Positions 26,208-39,391 of a stretch of 64,000 nt of DNA are shown one piece after another. Numbering within the stretch: position 1 is the stretch's first letter; every line of letters starts with the position of its first letter. Origin of the DNA: Octopus sinensis (Eukaryota). The notes beneath the pieces were generated by a model that worked only from the letters and a program-made list of their open reading frames with translations, was not told where the DNA came from and did no database searches. The DNA lies in the NCBI RefSeq assembly GCF_006345805.1, contig NC_043011.1, positions 35,538,464 to 35,602,463 of the forward strand. The letters run 5' to 3'. A program made the translations under genes and the position numbers.

Positions 26208-26510
26208 TTGTTTATTCCTTCTTGAGCCATGCCTGGCTCATAAGGGCTGGTTTCCCGGTTTCCTTGGCATATAGGTTCCCCACCTGGATGGGATGCCGGT
26301 CCATCACAGGTGAGCTGCAAAATGCAGGAAGAAAGAGTGAGAGAAAGTTGCAGTGAAAGAGTCAGCAGAAGTTCACCATTACCTTCTGCTGGAGCTATAT
26401 AGAGCTTAGGTGTTTCGCTCATAAACACACACATCGCCTGGTTTGAGATTTGAACCTGCAATCCTTCGACTGCGGGTCCACTGCTTTAACTACTTGGACC
26501 CGTGCCTCCC
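26208..26510 (-). mobile_element. SINE family C head with tail type 1
   Basis: The - strand reads ggaggcacgggtccaagtagttaaagcagtggacccgcagtcgaaggattgcaggttcaaatc..ctttctctcactctttcttcctg.., then cctgtgatggaccggcatcccatccagg. Confidence 0.85.
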
Positions 26511-28039
26511 CATCAGAAATATACACACACCAAAATAATTTATTTCAGTCATAGATACCCAACTACTTTTCGAAGTGTATAGAAATATATATTTGTTGGG
26601 GAAAAAAAAAATTGTTTACAAGATATGAAATAACTCTGTCTCCTGTTTTTGCTAGAAATGAAGAAAAAAAAAAATGAAAACAAAACCTGGAAAAAAAATG
26701 GAAAAAAAACACATGAGAAAATGATATTAGTCATTGATTAATATTGTTTCTTTGTTTTTTTTTTATTCTTCTCATCACACATTTCATTCTGCTTTCACTT
26801 TTTAATGCTCCGTGCTGCGTTAAATATGCTGACGCCAACTTAAATATTGTTTATCATGTGGACGGTGTCTTAGAATTAATTAATTATTTAAATTCTCAGC
26901 TAGAAAGCTTATGTTTAAAGTTAAGACTCTATTTTGGTATGTTACATATTTAGAAAATTGCCAAACAGAGGAAGCTATGTCAGTCTGGCAATTCTAAGTT
27001 GTTGCTGTTATGGCAGATGTTGCTTAGCCATAGGACAATTTTGAACGAATTGACCTGTCTTTGACAGCTGAAGACCATTTCTTCTTTTTAGTAATACATT
27101 ATCTAACGTGACTTTTCTTTAAATAAGGCAGCAGGGCAGAGGTTGGTGAACTGGAGAAAAATTGCAATTCTTGTGGGTAATGAGGATACATTAAACATAA
27201 ATAAAATTATATAAAAATCGTGTTCCTTGTTAAGACAAATTTTTCTTCTGGCAACACTGCATCTGTCCAATGTAATGAATGTGTTTAGGAGACATCACAT
27301 CATTCTGAACTACAAACAACCTGGTTGCTAATACCTTGTCAACATCATTTCTCCAAAACCTGAAGTGCAAACATTTCTAGAAAAATCCTTTTTTTTCATA
27401 ATGGGGATATTAATTTATTTTAGTGCATTTTGGGATTTGCTTTTGTCTTTTGATTTGGTTTGCAAGATTCTTTATGTGAGTTCGTGTGTTGAAGCATATT
27501 CTGTTGTGTCTGGGGAGAGTCATTTTCTTTTTGTGCCTTATAATTTAACACACTCACTGGTAAAATTTCCACTCATTTACTTATTTATTTTCCTAAAATT
27601 TTCATTGTGTCTTGCAACCTTTTCAATAGTTGTTGACTCTGTTCGTTATTCAAGCTGTGTTCTTCTTTTTCTTTGTTTTATACTTTTTATATTTATATTT
27701 ATAATTATATTCTCCACATATATAGATTCAGTAAACCTTTTGAATTTAAAGAATCAATGATTTTCTTCCTTTCAAATCAAGGGGGTAACGTCGGCATAAA
27801 TAATATATTTTGGGATAACTGATTAAAAAGTTCCCCAACCCCTGCAGTAGGGTGTGATCTGATGGAGATTTCTCTAGTATTTCTGATAAATCAAGAACGT
27901 TTTTTTTTTGTATGCTGCAGTTATTATTGTTTGACAGTTAGTCCCATGTTGTCTCAGACTGAGCTGACTTATGATTAAAGATATTCAATCCATGACCACC
28001 TTACTCATATCTAGGACTACAATATCGAATGTGTTTAAA

Positions 28040-28660
28040 ACATTGATGTGATTTGAGGGAAATTTTGTTGCTATTTCTAGCAGGTTGAAAATTTTATAGT
28101 GGATGCTCTTATTGTTTAGCAGACCCCAATGTCCATCCTGATTGAGCAGACCTATAACCAAAGTTCTTCTAGCCATGACCATCATGTCTGTTTTGGCACA
28201 CTCAGGATTAAAATATCCCATGTATCCTTTGTTTAAGATGCTGAGATGTTATTTGAGGGAGATTTTGCTGCTATATCTAGCAGGTTAAGAATAGTATAGT
28301 GGTTGCTCTAGTTGTTTAACAGACCCCATGTCCTTCCTAATGGAGCAGACCCAGTAGCATAACTAAAGGGCAACAGAGGGAGTGGTCTTTTTTATGGGAG
28401 GGTCTGCTGTAGGCAATATGTACTTTTTGTGGGATCATGGGGGCAGCAAACTAAAGGTCCACCCCAGGTGGCACATACTCTAGCTATGGTAATGTGCAGA
28501 CCTATAACTAAAGTCCTTCTAGCCATGACCATCCTGTCTGCTTTAGCATACCAAGGATTAAAATATCTTGTGTCCTGTGTTTAAGATGCTGGGATGTGAT
28601 TTGAGGGAGATTTTGCTACTAGACCTTGCAGGTTATGAATATCATAGTAGCTGCTTTTGT
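28040..28660. repeat. ~200-bp unit in tandem (about 3 copies), second unit interrupted by a MITE
   Basis: gatgtgatttgagggagattttgctgcta.. recurs near 28047, 28246 and 28593. Confidence 0.75.
28352..28494. mobile_element. 143-bp hAT-type MITE
   Basis: Degenerate TIRs cagtagcataactaaa / tctagctatggtaatg. 8-bp TSD agcagacc (28344-28351) / tgcagacc (28495-28502). Confidence 0.6.
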
Positions 28661-28668
28661 TGCTTCAT

Positions 28669-28940
28669 TCTTCCTTCATGAGAAATAGCATGTTTGAAGG
28701 AGATTTTGCTGCTATTTCTAGTAAGATAGACGATTACATAGAGGCTTCGTTCTTCATTCGTGAGAAATGGCATGTTTGAAGGAGATTTTGCTGCTATTTC
28801 TAGTAAGATACACAACTATGTAGAGGCTTCATTCATCATTCATGGGAAATAGCATGTTTGAAGGAGATTTTGCTGCTATTTCTAGTAAGATAGACGATCA
28901 CATAGAGGCACCGTTCTTCATTCGTGAGAAATAGCATGTT
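28669..28940. repeat. 82-bp minisatellite x3.3
   Basis: gaaggagattttgctgctatttctagtaagata at 28696, 28778 and 28860. Confidence 0.9.
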
Positions 28941-29140
28941 TTTATTGATGGTGTGCTGTGAGATGAGGTAAAAATCTAATGATGTGAACAGAGAATTCTT
29001 AACAGAGGAGAAGAAATGAAAGAATGCAGCTGTGTAATCCAATCTAGCATAAATCTTTAACTGATTCCATCATTCAATTTTACACCTTATTCCATTAACC
29101 TTTTCATACCAATGCAATGTTGACTCTGTTCTTTCTGCAG

Positions 29141-29226
29141 AACTTCAATCCACCCATCCAGAACTATATGGAATCGAGAAATTCACCAAACTTCCACTGT
29201 CGAGCAATCAAAACCTTTATGCTTGA
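29141..29226 (+). CDS. Candidate (terminal) exon, reading frame unresolved
   Basis: Strong acceptor ttgactctgttctttctgcag|. The phase-1 frame gives xLQSTHPELYGIEKFTKLPLSSNQNLYA*; the other frames are also open for 30+ codons. Confidence 0.25.
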
Positions 29227-29789
29227 TTTAAAACAATCTACCCTTGTTGAGAATCATCCGTGCTACCAAGGGTTAAATTTGCAGAATCTCAGACTTCCTG
29301 TGACATTTTAATAGTGATTTGGTTTTTCTGTTGGTTGACTGACCAATTCTTGCAATTTTAAAATAAATATGATATTGAATTCTAATATGAAATAAAAGGA
29401 TTACACAGTCTGTCCTTTTAGCATTAATATTTTATTTTATTTTATTTTACTTTATTTTATTTTTTTTATTTTCTATTTTTGTTACTTTTTTTAAAATTTT
29501 GTCTTCGTCTTTTGTTTTCCACAATTGTCTTTGTGCTACAGGTGGCCATTCTTGAAGGAATGAGTAATTTCTTCACCTTCCCATTTCTGCTTTGTTGAGA
29601 CAGAAGAGAAAAAGATGGAGAAATATATAGAAGCAGTGAGAGAGAGAGAGGGGGTGAGAGGAGGGGGAGATAGGTGATGGGAGAGGGAGACGGAGTGAGA
29701 GAAAATAATGGAGAGACAGAGAGAGATAGATAGACAGATAGGGGGTAGGTAAGTTAGAGAAGCAAAAAGAAACGGTGAATAGAGAGAGG

Positions 29790-29833
<44 letters not shown>

Positions 29834-29985
29834 AGGAAGTAGTGTAGACATAGCTGCGTGGTTAAGAAGCTCACTTTGCGACCATGTCATTATGGGTTCA
29901 GTCCTACTGTCAGACACCTTGGGCAAGTGTCTTCTACTATATCTCTCGGCCAACCAATAGCTTGTGAAACTGAGAGATGGAAGCC

Positions 29986-30031
<46 letters not shown>

Positions 30032-30786
30032 AGAGAGAGAGAGAGAGAGAGAGATAGAGAGAGATGTACTTGCTATGGAACGAAAACAATTGCAGCGTGG
30101 AAGGTGTTTATAAGCCATTTAAAAACACACAAAAACCATTAGATTTACTTCAACATTTAAAATAATTTGCCAAAATATTTTCGTCGCTTTGAGACTGTGA
30201 CCTGTTCATTGACAAAATTCTGTGCTGCATTCCATGGCATATTAAATTTGAATGTTAGAGTAAAGCTATATAGTTTCAATATGAAGCAAATAATTCATGA
30301 AAAAATAATTTGTGAAGATATCTAGTGTAACAATTTAAAAATGACAATAACAGAATCAATAATATAGGCGATTGCAGGCCTCAAAAAAGCATTAAATAAC
30401 TGAACGATTAATCAAAAGACATTCTAAGTATGTCTACCTGTGGGAAATAACAGACAAATCTCTTATTTAAATTGCCAAAACACACTGATAATAACTACAG
30501 AAATCAACCATCTGAAGGCAAACGTTATCAGACAATCTCTCGGCATACATTCAATTATTTTATTAATTAGATATATGTATATATATAAATACACACACAC
30601 ACACACACTCACACACACACACACACACACACATATGTATATATATATATATATATATTATATTATATATATAATATATACATATATATGTATATGTATA
30701 TAACAAAGGATAACATTTTTCAAAAAATTTTATCAGTGGCCAGCATTTAAAAAAAGACTGATTAAGGTGAAATTATATATATAATT

Positions 30787-31242
30787 ATAATTAATGGTAT
30801 AGAAAGAAATTTTTCTAGCGTTTATGCTGAAAATAGATGCTAAATTGTCTCACCACTTAAAAAAGTCACAAAATTTACACACATGTTGAAATCAAAGCAA
30901 CAGTTTAATGAAAATTGATAACAATATAGATAGCCCTGGGTTAGCTAATTTCTGGATTTGCCCAATGGCTTTTCCTTCTTCAGCAAGGCATACATACAGG
31001 AAATAAATGAGTATGTATAAAAATCTCATTTACTTCCTGTATGTGTACCCTGCTGAATAAAGAAAAGCCATTGGGCAAATCCAGAAATTAGCTAATCCAG
31101 GGCTATCTATATTGTTATTAATTTCCATTAAATTGTTGCTTTGATTTCAACATTTGCATAAATTTGTGACTTTTTAAGTGGCGAGATGACTTAGTGTCTA
31201 TTTTCAGCACATAGGCTAGAAAAATTTCTTTCTATGCCCTTA

Positions 31243-31246
<4 letters not shown>
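30787..31246. mobile_element. Fold-back element or MITE, ~225-bp arms, 13-nt spacer (31012-31024)
   Basis: ..gatagccctgggttagctaatttctggatttgcccaatggcttttc.. is mirrored by ..gaaaagccattgggcaaatccagaaattagctaatccagggctatc.. Confidence 0.9.
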
Positions 31247-31275
<29 letters not shown>

Positions 31276-32107
31276 TTTATGTAGGTATGTAGTAGTATGT
31301 AATGGTAAGATCCAAGGATCAAGGTGTAAAAAATTAGTCCACTACTCCACTCCCTAACTTTGGATATGTATGTATGTATGTATATTTGTGTTTGTGTGAT
31401 CAAGCAAATTGCGCAGAGGCTGCTATTGGTCTGTGTTAGCAAGATTTACACTAATTGGTAAAACTGATGAAAAGCATGCAGTAAACTTGCAAAAGGGAAG
31501 AGAAAAATTCAATGTCTCAAAATCAAAAACTGAAAGGAGAAAAGCTAATGAAAGACAGCAGAGTTTTACAGACAGATATGTGGTTGAAAAGTGGACAGAA
31601 AGATCTTCATTAACATCATATGTTGTGATAGTGTGATATGAGAGGAAGCTATTAGTCAAAGAGGTGGGAAATGGCTAGATCCAAAAGAAGATACTTTTGA
31701 TAGGAAATTTATTTGCCAGACATGTATAAAGGTTTTATTAATACCTAGAAATTCAAAATTGGATGTTATCTGCCAGAGGGCCTTGGTTTAGAGAAGTGTG
31801 ATTTAAACACTGTTCTTAGTCTAGATGTCAGCAAAACTTTTAGCCATGAGTGGCATGAAAGTCTCCTGTTAGCTATCCCCTATTGGCCCTAGCTATTTCC
31901 ACCACCACCACTCTTGACAATCAATGTTGGTTTGTTTATGTCTGTGTAACTTAACAGTCTGGCAAAAAGAGACTGATTGAATAAGTACCAGGCTTAATTT
32001 TAAAATAAGTAACTCGGTTTATTCAATTGCCTAAAAGTTCTTCAAGGTGAAGCACCAGCATGGCCGTAGTCTACATGCTGAAACATATAAAAAAAAAGGA
32101 GAAAAGA

Positions 32108-32234
<127 letters not shown>

Positions 32235-32389
32235 GTGTGTATATGTATATGTATATGTATGTAAAAAGGTTGAATTAGATTCTTTCTTTAACTTGGAGGT
32301 TTCCAAAAAAGATTTCTAAAACCAATTCTTCATATTTTGCTGGTAGTTTACTGGTGTAAATTTGCGAATATGAAAATAATAATTGTATA

Positions 32390-33306
32390 TGATATGTTGT
32401 GAATTTATGGAAAGAAATTCCATAAAACTCAACAATTTTGTTAAAAATGGATAAGAGAAGATGTTTAAATATATAAGAGAATTTTAATTCATGCAGACAA
32501 TCGTTTTGTTCAGAGATATAAAAATCAGGCAAATTCATGGTTGAATTAAATTAAATTAATTATATATCACTGTACTCTTCAGTGCAAGAAGCATAAACAA
32601 AATGTTTACAAAGAACTTGAGAAAGGAAATAGCGGAAGAGAATCTAGTAGATTCATATTTTCTTTCCTTATGAGAAAAAGAGATGTGAATCCAGTTAAGT
32701 ATTAACTATAGTTATTCCTAACTGGACTCACATCATATTTCCTTTCTCAAGTTCTTTGTAAAAATTTTGTTTATACTTCTTGCGCTGAAGAGTACATCAT
32801 CATCATCATCATCATCGTTTAAAGACCGTTTTCCATGCTGGCATGGGTGGGACGGTTCGACTGGGGTTTGGGAAGCCAAGAGGCTGCACCAGGTCCCAAT
32901 CTGATCTGACAATGTTTCTACAGCTGGATGCCCTTGCTAATGCCAACCACTCCGAAAGTGTAGTGGGTGCTTTTTAGGTGCCACTGGTACAGGCACCAGA
33001 GGAGCTGGCATCAACCACAATCAGATGGTGCTTTTTATGTACCACCGGTGCAGAAGCCAGTCAAAGTAGCACTGGCATTGGCCACATTTGGATGGTGCTT
33101 TGTATGTGCTACCAACACTGGAAAAAGCACCATCATAATTAATTTAATTAATTTAATTCAAACATGAATTTGCATGATGTTTATATCTATATGAAACGAT
33201 CGTCTGCATAAATTAAAATTCTCTTATATATTTTAACATCTTCTCTCCTCCATTTTTAACAAAATTGTTGAGTTTTATGGAATTTCTTTCCATAAATTCA
33301 CAACAC

Positions 33307-33308
<2 letters not shown>
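32390..33308. mobile_element. Fold-back element interrupted by a family D retroposon (32797-33130, -)
   Basis: 32390-32563 mirrors 33135-33308; 32572-32631 mirrors 32737-32796; inner IR gatgtgaatccagtta / taactggactcacatc. Confidence 0.85.
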
Positions 33309-33343
<35 letters not shown>

Positions 33344-33345
<2 letters not shown>

Positions 33346-33553
33346 GTGACCACGTGTGTATCGTTGGCGATTTTTTTTCCTCCGTCTTCCCTTCTTTGGA
33401 TATTTCCTTTTCCTATGTTTCTGACGAAGAGCTCTGCTCGAAACGTTAAACTCTCCTTCTTTCCTTCTTTCCTGAGCGTCCAATAATACTGTACTTGTTT
33501 CACGTCCTTGCGTTGTTGTGTTTTCTCTTTGTGTTTTCATGTTTGGATTAACT
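33344..33553 (+). mobile_element. ~210-bp non-coding retrozyme-like or PLE-derived element in (TA)n
   Basis: No ORF and contains a canonical minimal hammerhead. A related copy lies at 56560-56760 (-). Confidence 0.7.
33417..33451 (+). ncRNA. Minimal type I hammerhead ribozyme
   Basis: gttt-CTGACGA-a-gagc-tct-gctc-GAAACGTT-aaac: intact core, 4-bp stem II, palindromic ACGT helix III, stem I gttt/aaac. Confidence 0.8.
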
Positions 33554-33856
33554 ATATATATATATATGCATAATGTATGTGTGTGTGCATGTATCTGTGT
33601 ATAAGTACATCCCTATCTGACCTCCTCATCATACAAGTAGTGACCTTTATTTCCAATCTTCCATGAAAACATGTCTGGTCCTGGGAAACATTACTTGGAA
33701 AGAGAAGAAGGTTAATGACAGGAACAACATCCAGCTGCAAAAAGAAAGAAAAAGAATCTGCCTCAACAAATTGCATTCAATCTATGCAAACATGGATAAG
33801 TGCATGTTACTAAAACGATGAGAATGATGGTGATGATGTTAGTTCACCTATTGTGT

Positions 33857-34250
33857 GGAGGCACAATGGCCCAGTGGTTAGGGTAGTGGACTTGTGGTCA
33901 TAGGATTGCGGTTTCAATTTCCAGACTGGGCGTTGTGAGTTTTTATTGAGCAAAAACACCTAACGCTCCATGAGGATCCAGCAGGGGGTTGTGTGGCGAA
34001 CCCTACTGTACTGTTTCACAACAACTTTCTCTCACTCTTTCTTTCTGTTTCTGATGTATCTGTATTTCGAAGGGTCGGCCTTGTCACACTCTGTGTCACG
34101 CTGAATCTCCCCCGAGAACTACATTAAGGGCACACGTGTCTGTGGAGTGCTCGGCCACTTGCATGTTAATTTCACGAGCAAGCTGTTCCGTTGATCGGAT
34201 CAACTTGAATCTTCGATGTTGTAACCGACGGAGTGCCATGATGACAACAC
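33857..34250 (+). mobile_element. SINE family C head (tRNA-Arg-like) with tail type 2
   Basis: ggaggcacaatggcccagtggttagggtagtggact..gcggtttcaatttccagactgggcg; tail ..gaactacattaagggcacacgtgtctgtggagtgc..cgacggagtgcc. Confidence 0.85.
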
Positions 34251-34676
34251 ATATTGTACCATGTTCTCAAATATCCCAAGCATTTTATCCTTTTTCTGTT
34301 ACTACAACTACAACAACAACAACAACAACAACAACTACTACTACTACTACTACTACTACCACTTCTACTACTACTACTATAATGACATCACATGTCACCA
34401 GTTGCAAGTGGAGTCTTCACATTCAATTACTGCATTGATCAGGTGCTTCAGCTGTTGTAATTCTTATTAAAAATTTCATCAGTTCATAATTCATAAATCA
34501 CAAGAATTTCAATTATAGGATTTTTACAAAGGTTTCGCTGTAACCTTTAAATGCTCGGGTTTGCTTTTTTTTCAAATTCATAAATCCATTATTTTATATT
34601 CATTTCATCATAAATATATACATACATATACATACCTATATACATACCTATATATATATATATATATATATATGTG

Positions 34677-34715
<39 letters not shown>

Positions 34716-35494
34716 TCATACATTTTTTAAAATTATTTAAATTTTATCTAGTTTCAGCTCATGAGCTGTGGCCATGCTAGGGCACTACCATATGTATTCA
34801 TACATACAGATATATGCATACAAACACATACACACACACACACACATACATACACATGTTTTATTTTATTCTTGACTATATCTTCTAAAATTTCCAATTG
34901 GTTTGGCACAGTTGTTGTTGTTGGTGATGATGATTTTTATATTTTTGTTTTTCTTTTTTTTCTTTTTCTTGCATATTAATATTATTATTATTAATATTAA
35001 TATTATTTTGCTAATGAGCTTTCGTTTTGCAGTTGTGATTATTATTTCAGATGAGAAATGGTAAAAACCATATTTCAATTATGAAAGAAAAGAAAATGGT
35101 AAAGGACAAATTCAAAAACAAAAACAAAACCCAATAAAAACCCTGACAAGACAGATTTTAAAATAAATTTAAAAAAAAAGCAAAACAAAGCTTGTTACCT
35201 TTAAAGAAGAAACAGATGGATAAATTTTCCTTTTAAACAGTTCTGTGAAATATATGTGTGTGTGATAGAGAGAAGGCATATATGAGAGAATGTATGTATG
35301 TCTATATATATAGATAACAATGTCTTTATACATAAATATATATATATACACACAACATATATATATATATGTATATATGTATTATATATATATATATATT
35401 ATATATATATATATTATATATATATATATATATAATATATATATATGTATATATATATGTATAATATGTATATATATATGTATATATATATACA

Positions 35495-35565
<71 letters not shown>

Positions 35566-35667
35566 TACACACATTTATAGAAATATCTATACAAATTACA
35601 TGTATGCACATATCTATACTTCATATATAAATAAATCTATCTGTCTATCTATATCTACATCTATCTA

Positions 35668-35702
<35 letters not shown>

Positions 35703-35845
35703 ATATATATATATATGCATATACATATACACATATACATACATAAGCTGAAACTGGAAAAATCATGCATATATATATCTACATACATACATATATACAT
35801 ACATATATATACATACATAAATATATATATATGTATATATATATG

Positions 35846-35883
<38 letters not shown>

Positions 35884-35886
35884 TAG

Positions 35887-35917
<31 letters not shown>

Positions 35918-36314
35918 CATACACACACACACATACATATATACCAGACATATTCATGCACATGATCAATTCACATATGCACTCAAATATCTATATGTGT
36001 ATATATATCTATATACATATATATGTCTATGTGTGTATATGTATACATATGTATGTTTGTGTGTATATAACATAACACACACACACATACACACATACAC
36101 ACATTCACACATACACATACACATATTTAGATATATACATGGAGCATGCATGGATCAGCATGTAGGTGTCTGTACATGTGCGTGTGAACATAATATGTTC
36201 TGTTAGGTATTCCGTTCTCGTAAAATCATTTCCTCTGAAGATGGACGCTTATTTATAGCAGATGAAAAATTAAAATCCCATGTTGTATTTGGCTTTACCT
36301 AAATTATATATATA

Positions 36315-36860
36315 TAGTGACACTTGTGAAGACCTGTTGAGGCAAGTGAAAATCAAATCAAATCAAAACAAATCAAAATAGATGAACATAAATGGAATTT
36401 GTATCTTTGTGGTACCAGTGCCGGTGGCCACAAGAAAATCATCCGAACGTGGCCGTAGCCAGTACCGCATAGACTGGCCTCCGTGCTTTGGGGACGTAAC
36501 AAACACACCATCCGATCGTGGCCGTCCGCCAGCCTCATCTGGCACCTGTGTCGGTGGCACATAAAACAACCATCCGAGCGTGGCCGTCTGCCAGCCTCGT
36601 CTGGCACCTGTGTCGGTGGCACATAAAAACACATCCGAACGTGGCCGTTCGCCAGCCTCGTCTGGCACCTGTGTCGGTGGCACATAAAATCACCCACTAC
36701 ACTCTCGGAGTGGTTGGCGTTAGGAAGGGCATCCAGCTGTAGAAACACTGCCAGATCTGACTGGCCTGGTGCAGCCTCGGGCTCCCCAGACCCCAGTTGA
36801 ACCGTCCAACCCATGCTAGCATGGAAAACGGACGTTAAATGATGATGATGATGATGATGA
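36315..36860 (+). mobile_element. Young family D retroposon with an internal ~61-bp tandem array (3 units plus 1 variant)
   Basis: Unit catccgagcgtggccgtctgccagcctcgtctggcacctgtgtcggtggcacataaaa. CpG-rich, with (GAT)n tail. Confidence 0.9.
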
Positions 36861-37306
36861 TATATACCTATACGTCCATGCATCCATCTATCTGTGCATA
36901 TATACATTTGTATATGAAAGCCTGCACACACACACACACATGTATATACATACATATATACATACATATATATATATATATACATATGTATGTATGTATG
37001 TATATGTATATATGTATATATATATATGTATATATACATATATATATATATGCACATACATATATTTATATACATATATAAATATATATACATATTTATA
37101 TACATATATATATATATACACATATATATGCATACTCATGCACACACAGGCATAAACATGTGTGTTTGTATAACTGTGGATATGCATAAATATATATGTA
37201 TGCATGTGTGTATGTATGTATGTGTTTATGCCTGTGTGAATGAATGTATCTGTATATGTATGTTTGTATGTATGTACGTATCTATCTATACCTATACCTA
37301 TATATA

Positions 37307-37337
<31 letters not shown>

Positions 37338-37898
37338 CATACATATATATACACACTCATATATATATATACATATACACACATATATATGTACATATAC
37401 ATGTACACACACACAGATAGATTATATATATATATAGTTATATATGTGTGAGTGTGTATATGTGTATGTATGTATACATGGTCATGAATTTTGCTACAGT
37501 ACATATGTTTTGTTGTTACTGTAATAAGCCGATTACTTTCAGCTTTGACAAACTAATATAGCAGTTCAATTAACGAAAACAACAACAACAACAACAACAA
37601 TAGCAGCAGCAACAATAGCAACAAAGACAGCAATAACTACAAAGAACACGAATCGTAATAATGATAAATTTTAGCATAATAAATCAACAACAATAACAGT
37701 AATGATGTCTTTTATGTCATAACAACATTAATAAAGTCAATAATAGTAATAATTTTTCCTAAAATCTCTATTACAAGGATTGCTAACAATAACAACAACA
37801 ACAACAACAATATTAATAAATAACAAATAAATAAATAAGCAACAAAAACAAAAGTAACAATAACAACAACAACAAAAATAGGAATAAAAAATTATGAA

Positions 37899-37933
<35 letters not shown>

Positions 37934-38022
37934 TAATAATAACAATAATGATAATAATAATAACAATAATGATGATAATGATAATAATGATGATGATGAT
38001 GATGATACTGATGATGATGATG

Positions 38023-38069
<47 letters not shown>

Positions 38070-38488
38070 TGATAATGTTACTAATAATCAGTAATAATGT
38101 ATTTAAAAAAATTATTTCTAAATCACCATACTTGAGCAGTTATAATATAAAAACGAAATCGATAATAAATATGCATACCATCTTTGAAGAGAAAACAACC
38201 TTTCAATTATTAGTTTTTTTTTTGTTTTTTTTTCTTTTCAAATTTATCGTTTTCATTATTTTTTCCCATTTCTTTAGAAGGTGGAAGAAAGGCATTTTGC
38301 TGTCATAATGTCTCATTTCTGGGGAAAAATTTGTCTTATCTTCCACTGTTGCATTATATTGTCCTCTCTCCTCTCTCTCTTGCTCTCTTTCTCTGTATGT
38401 GTGTGTGTGTGTGTGGTGTGTGTGGTGTGTGTGTGTGTGTAACTCATTCTGGATAATTGTGTTTCTCACTATTTATCTCTCTGTTTAA

Positions 38489-38545
<57 letters not shown>

Positions 38546-38595
38546 CATCTACCTATCTATCTATCTATCTATCTATCTATTTGTTTATATTTCAA

Positions 38596-38627
<32 letters not shown>

Positions 38628-38640
38628 TCTATTTGTCTAC

Positions 38641-38760
<120 letters not shown>

Positions 38761-39391
38761 GTGTATCTGTGTCATTAACTTTGTTCTTTTTCTTGTTTGT
38801 GTGTGCTTGAGTGTGTGTCTGTGTGTGTATGTGTGTATGAATGTGTGTGAGAATTTATATCTGTTTGTTCATATATTTGTATTTGTGCATGAGTGTGGTT
38901 GTGGACATTTGAGACTGAGTATTTGTACGTATTTCACTAAATGTGTATGTGTGGTGACTATATGCATTTGTATGTGCAATGTGTGTATATTTACGAGCTT
39001 TTTGCAGCCAATATGCTTATGTGAGTATTTTTAGTGTATGTGTGTATGAGTATGTATTTGTATGTGTACGTGTGCATGTGTGTGTGTGTGTGTATGAGAG
39101 AGAGGCAGTAAGGTAATGAGGAAGAAAAAAGAGTGAGTGAAAATGGGGGTAAAAGAGGAAAGTGATTAGGGGGGAAAGAAGACAGAGAGGAGGAGAGAGA
39201 GGTAAGAAACGAGGGAGTGAAAGAGACAGAGAGCAAAATGGAGTGACAGTGAGTGTGATAATTTGCTAATTCTAATTTCAGGATTCTGATAATTTCTGCC
39301 GATCCACAAAATTACCCATAATTCCAGTGTGATTCAGTAACAATAATGTTCTTGTTTTACTTAGTTATGCTAGTTAGCTTCGAGTAAACTA

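Noticed and set aside
27365-27760. 131-aa hydrophobic ORF
   Set aside because: It starts at GTG, and T-rich DNA yields F/L/I-rich stop-poor frames. No recognisable domain.
31409-31780. 75-aa basic ORF and downstream C-x2-C
   Set aside because: No recognisable family and stops or frameshifts nearby; at most a very degraded transposon relic.
36450-36690. CRISPR-like repeat-spacer appearance of the 61-bp units (also 48300-48480)
   Set aside because: The units are near-identical along their whole length with no unique spacers, they lie inside a tailed retroposon, the context is eukaryotic and there are no cas genes.
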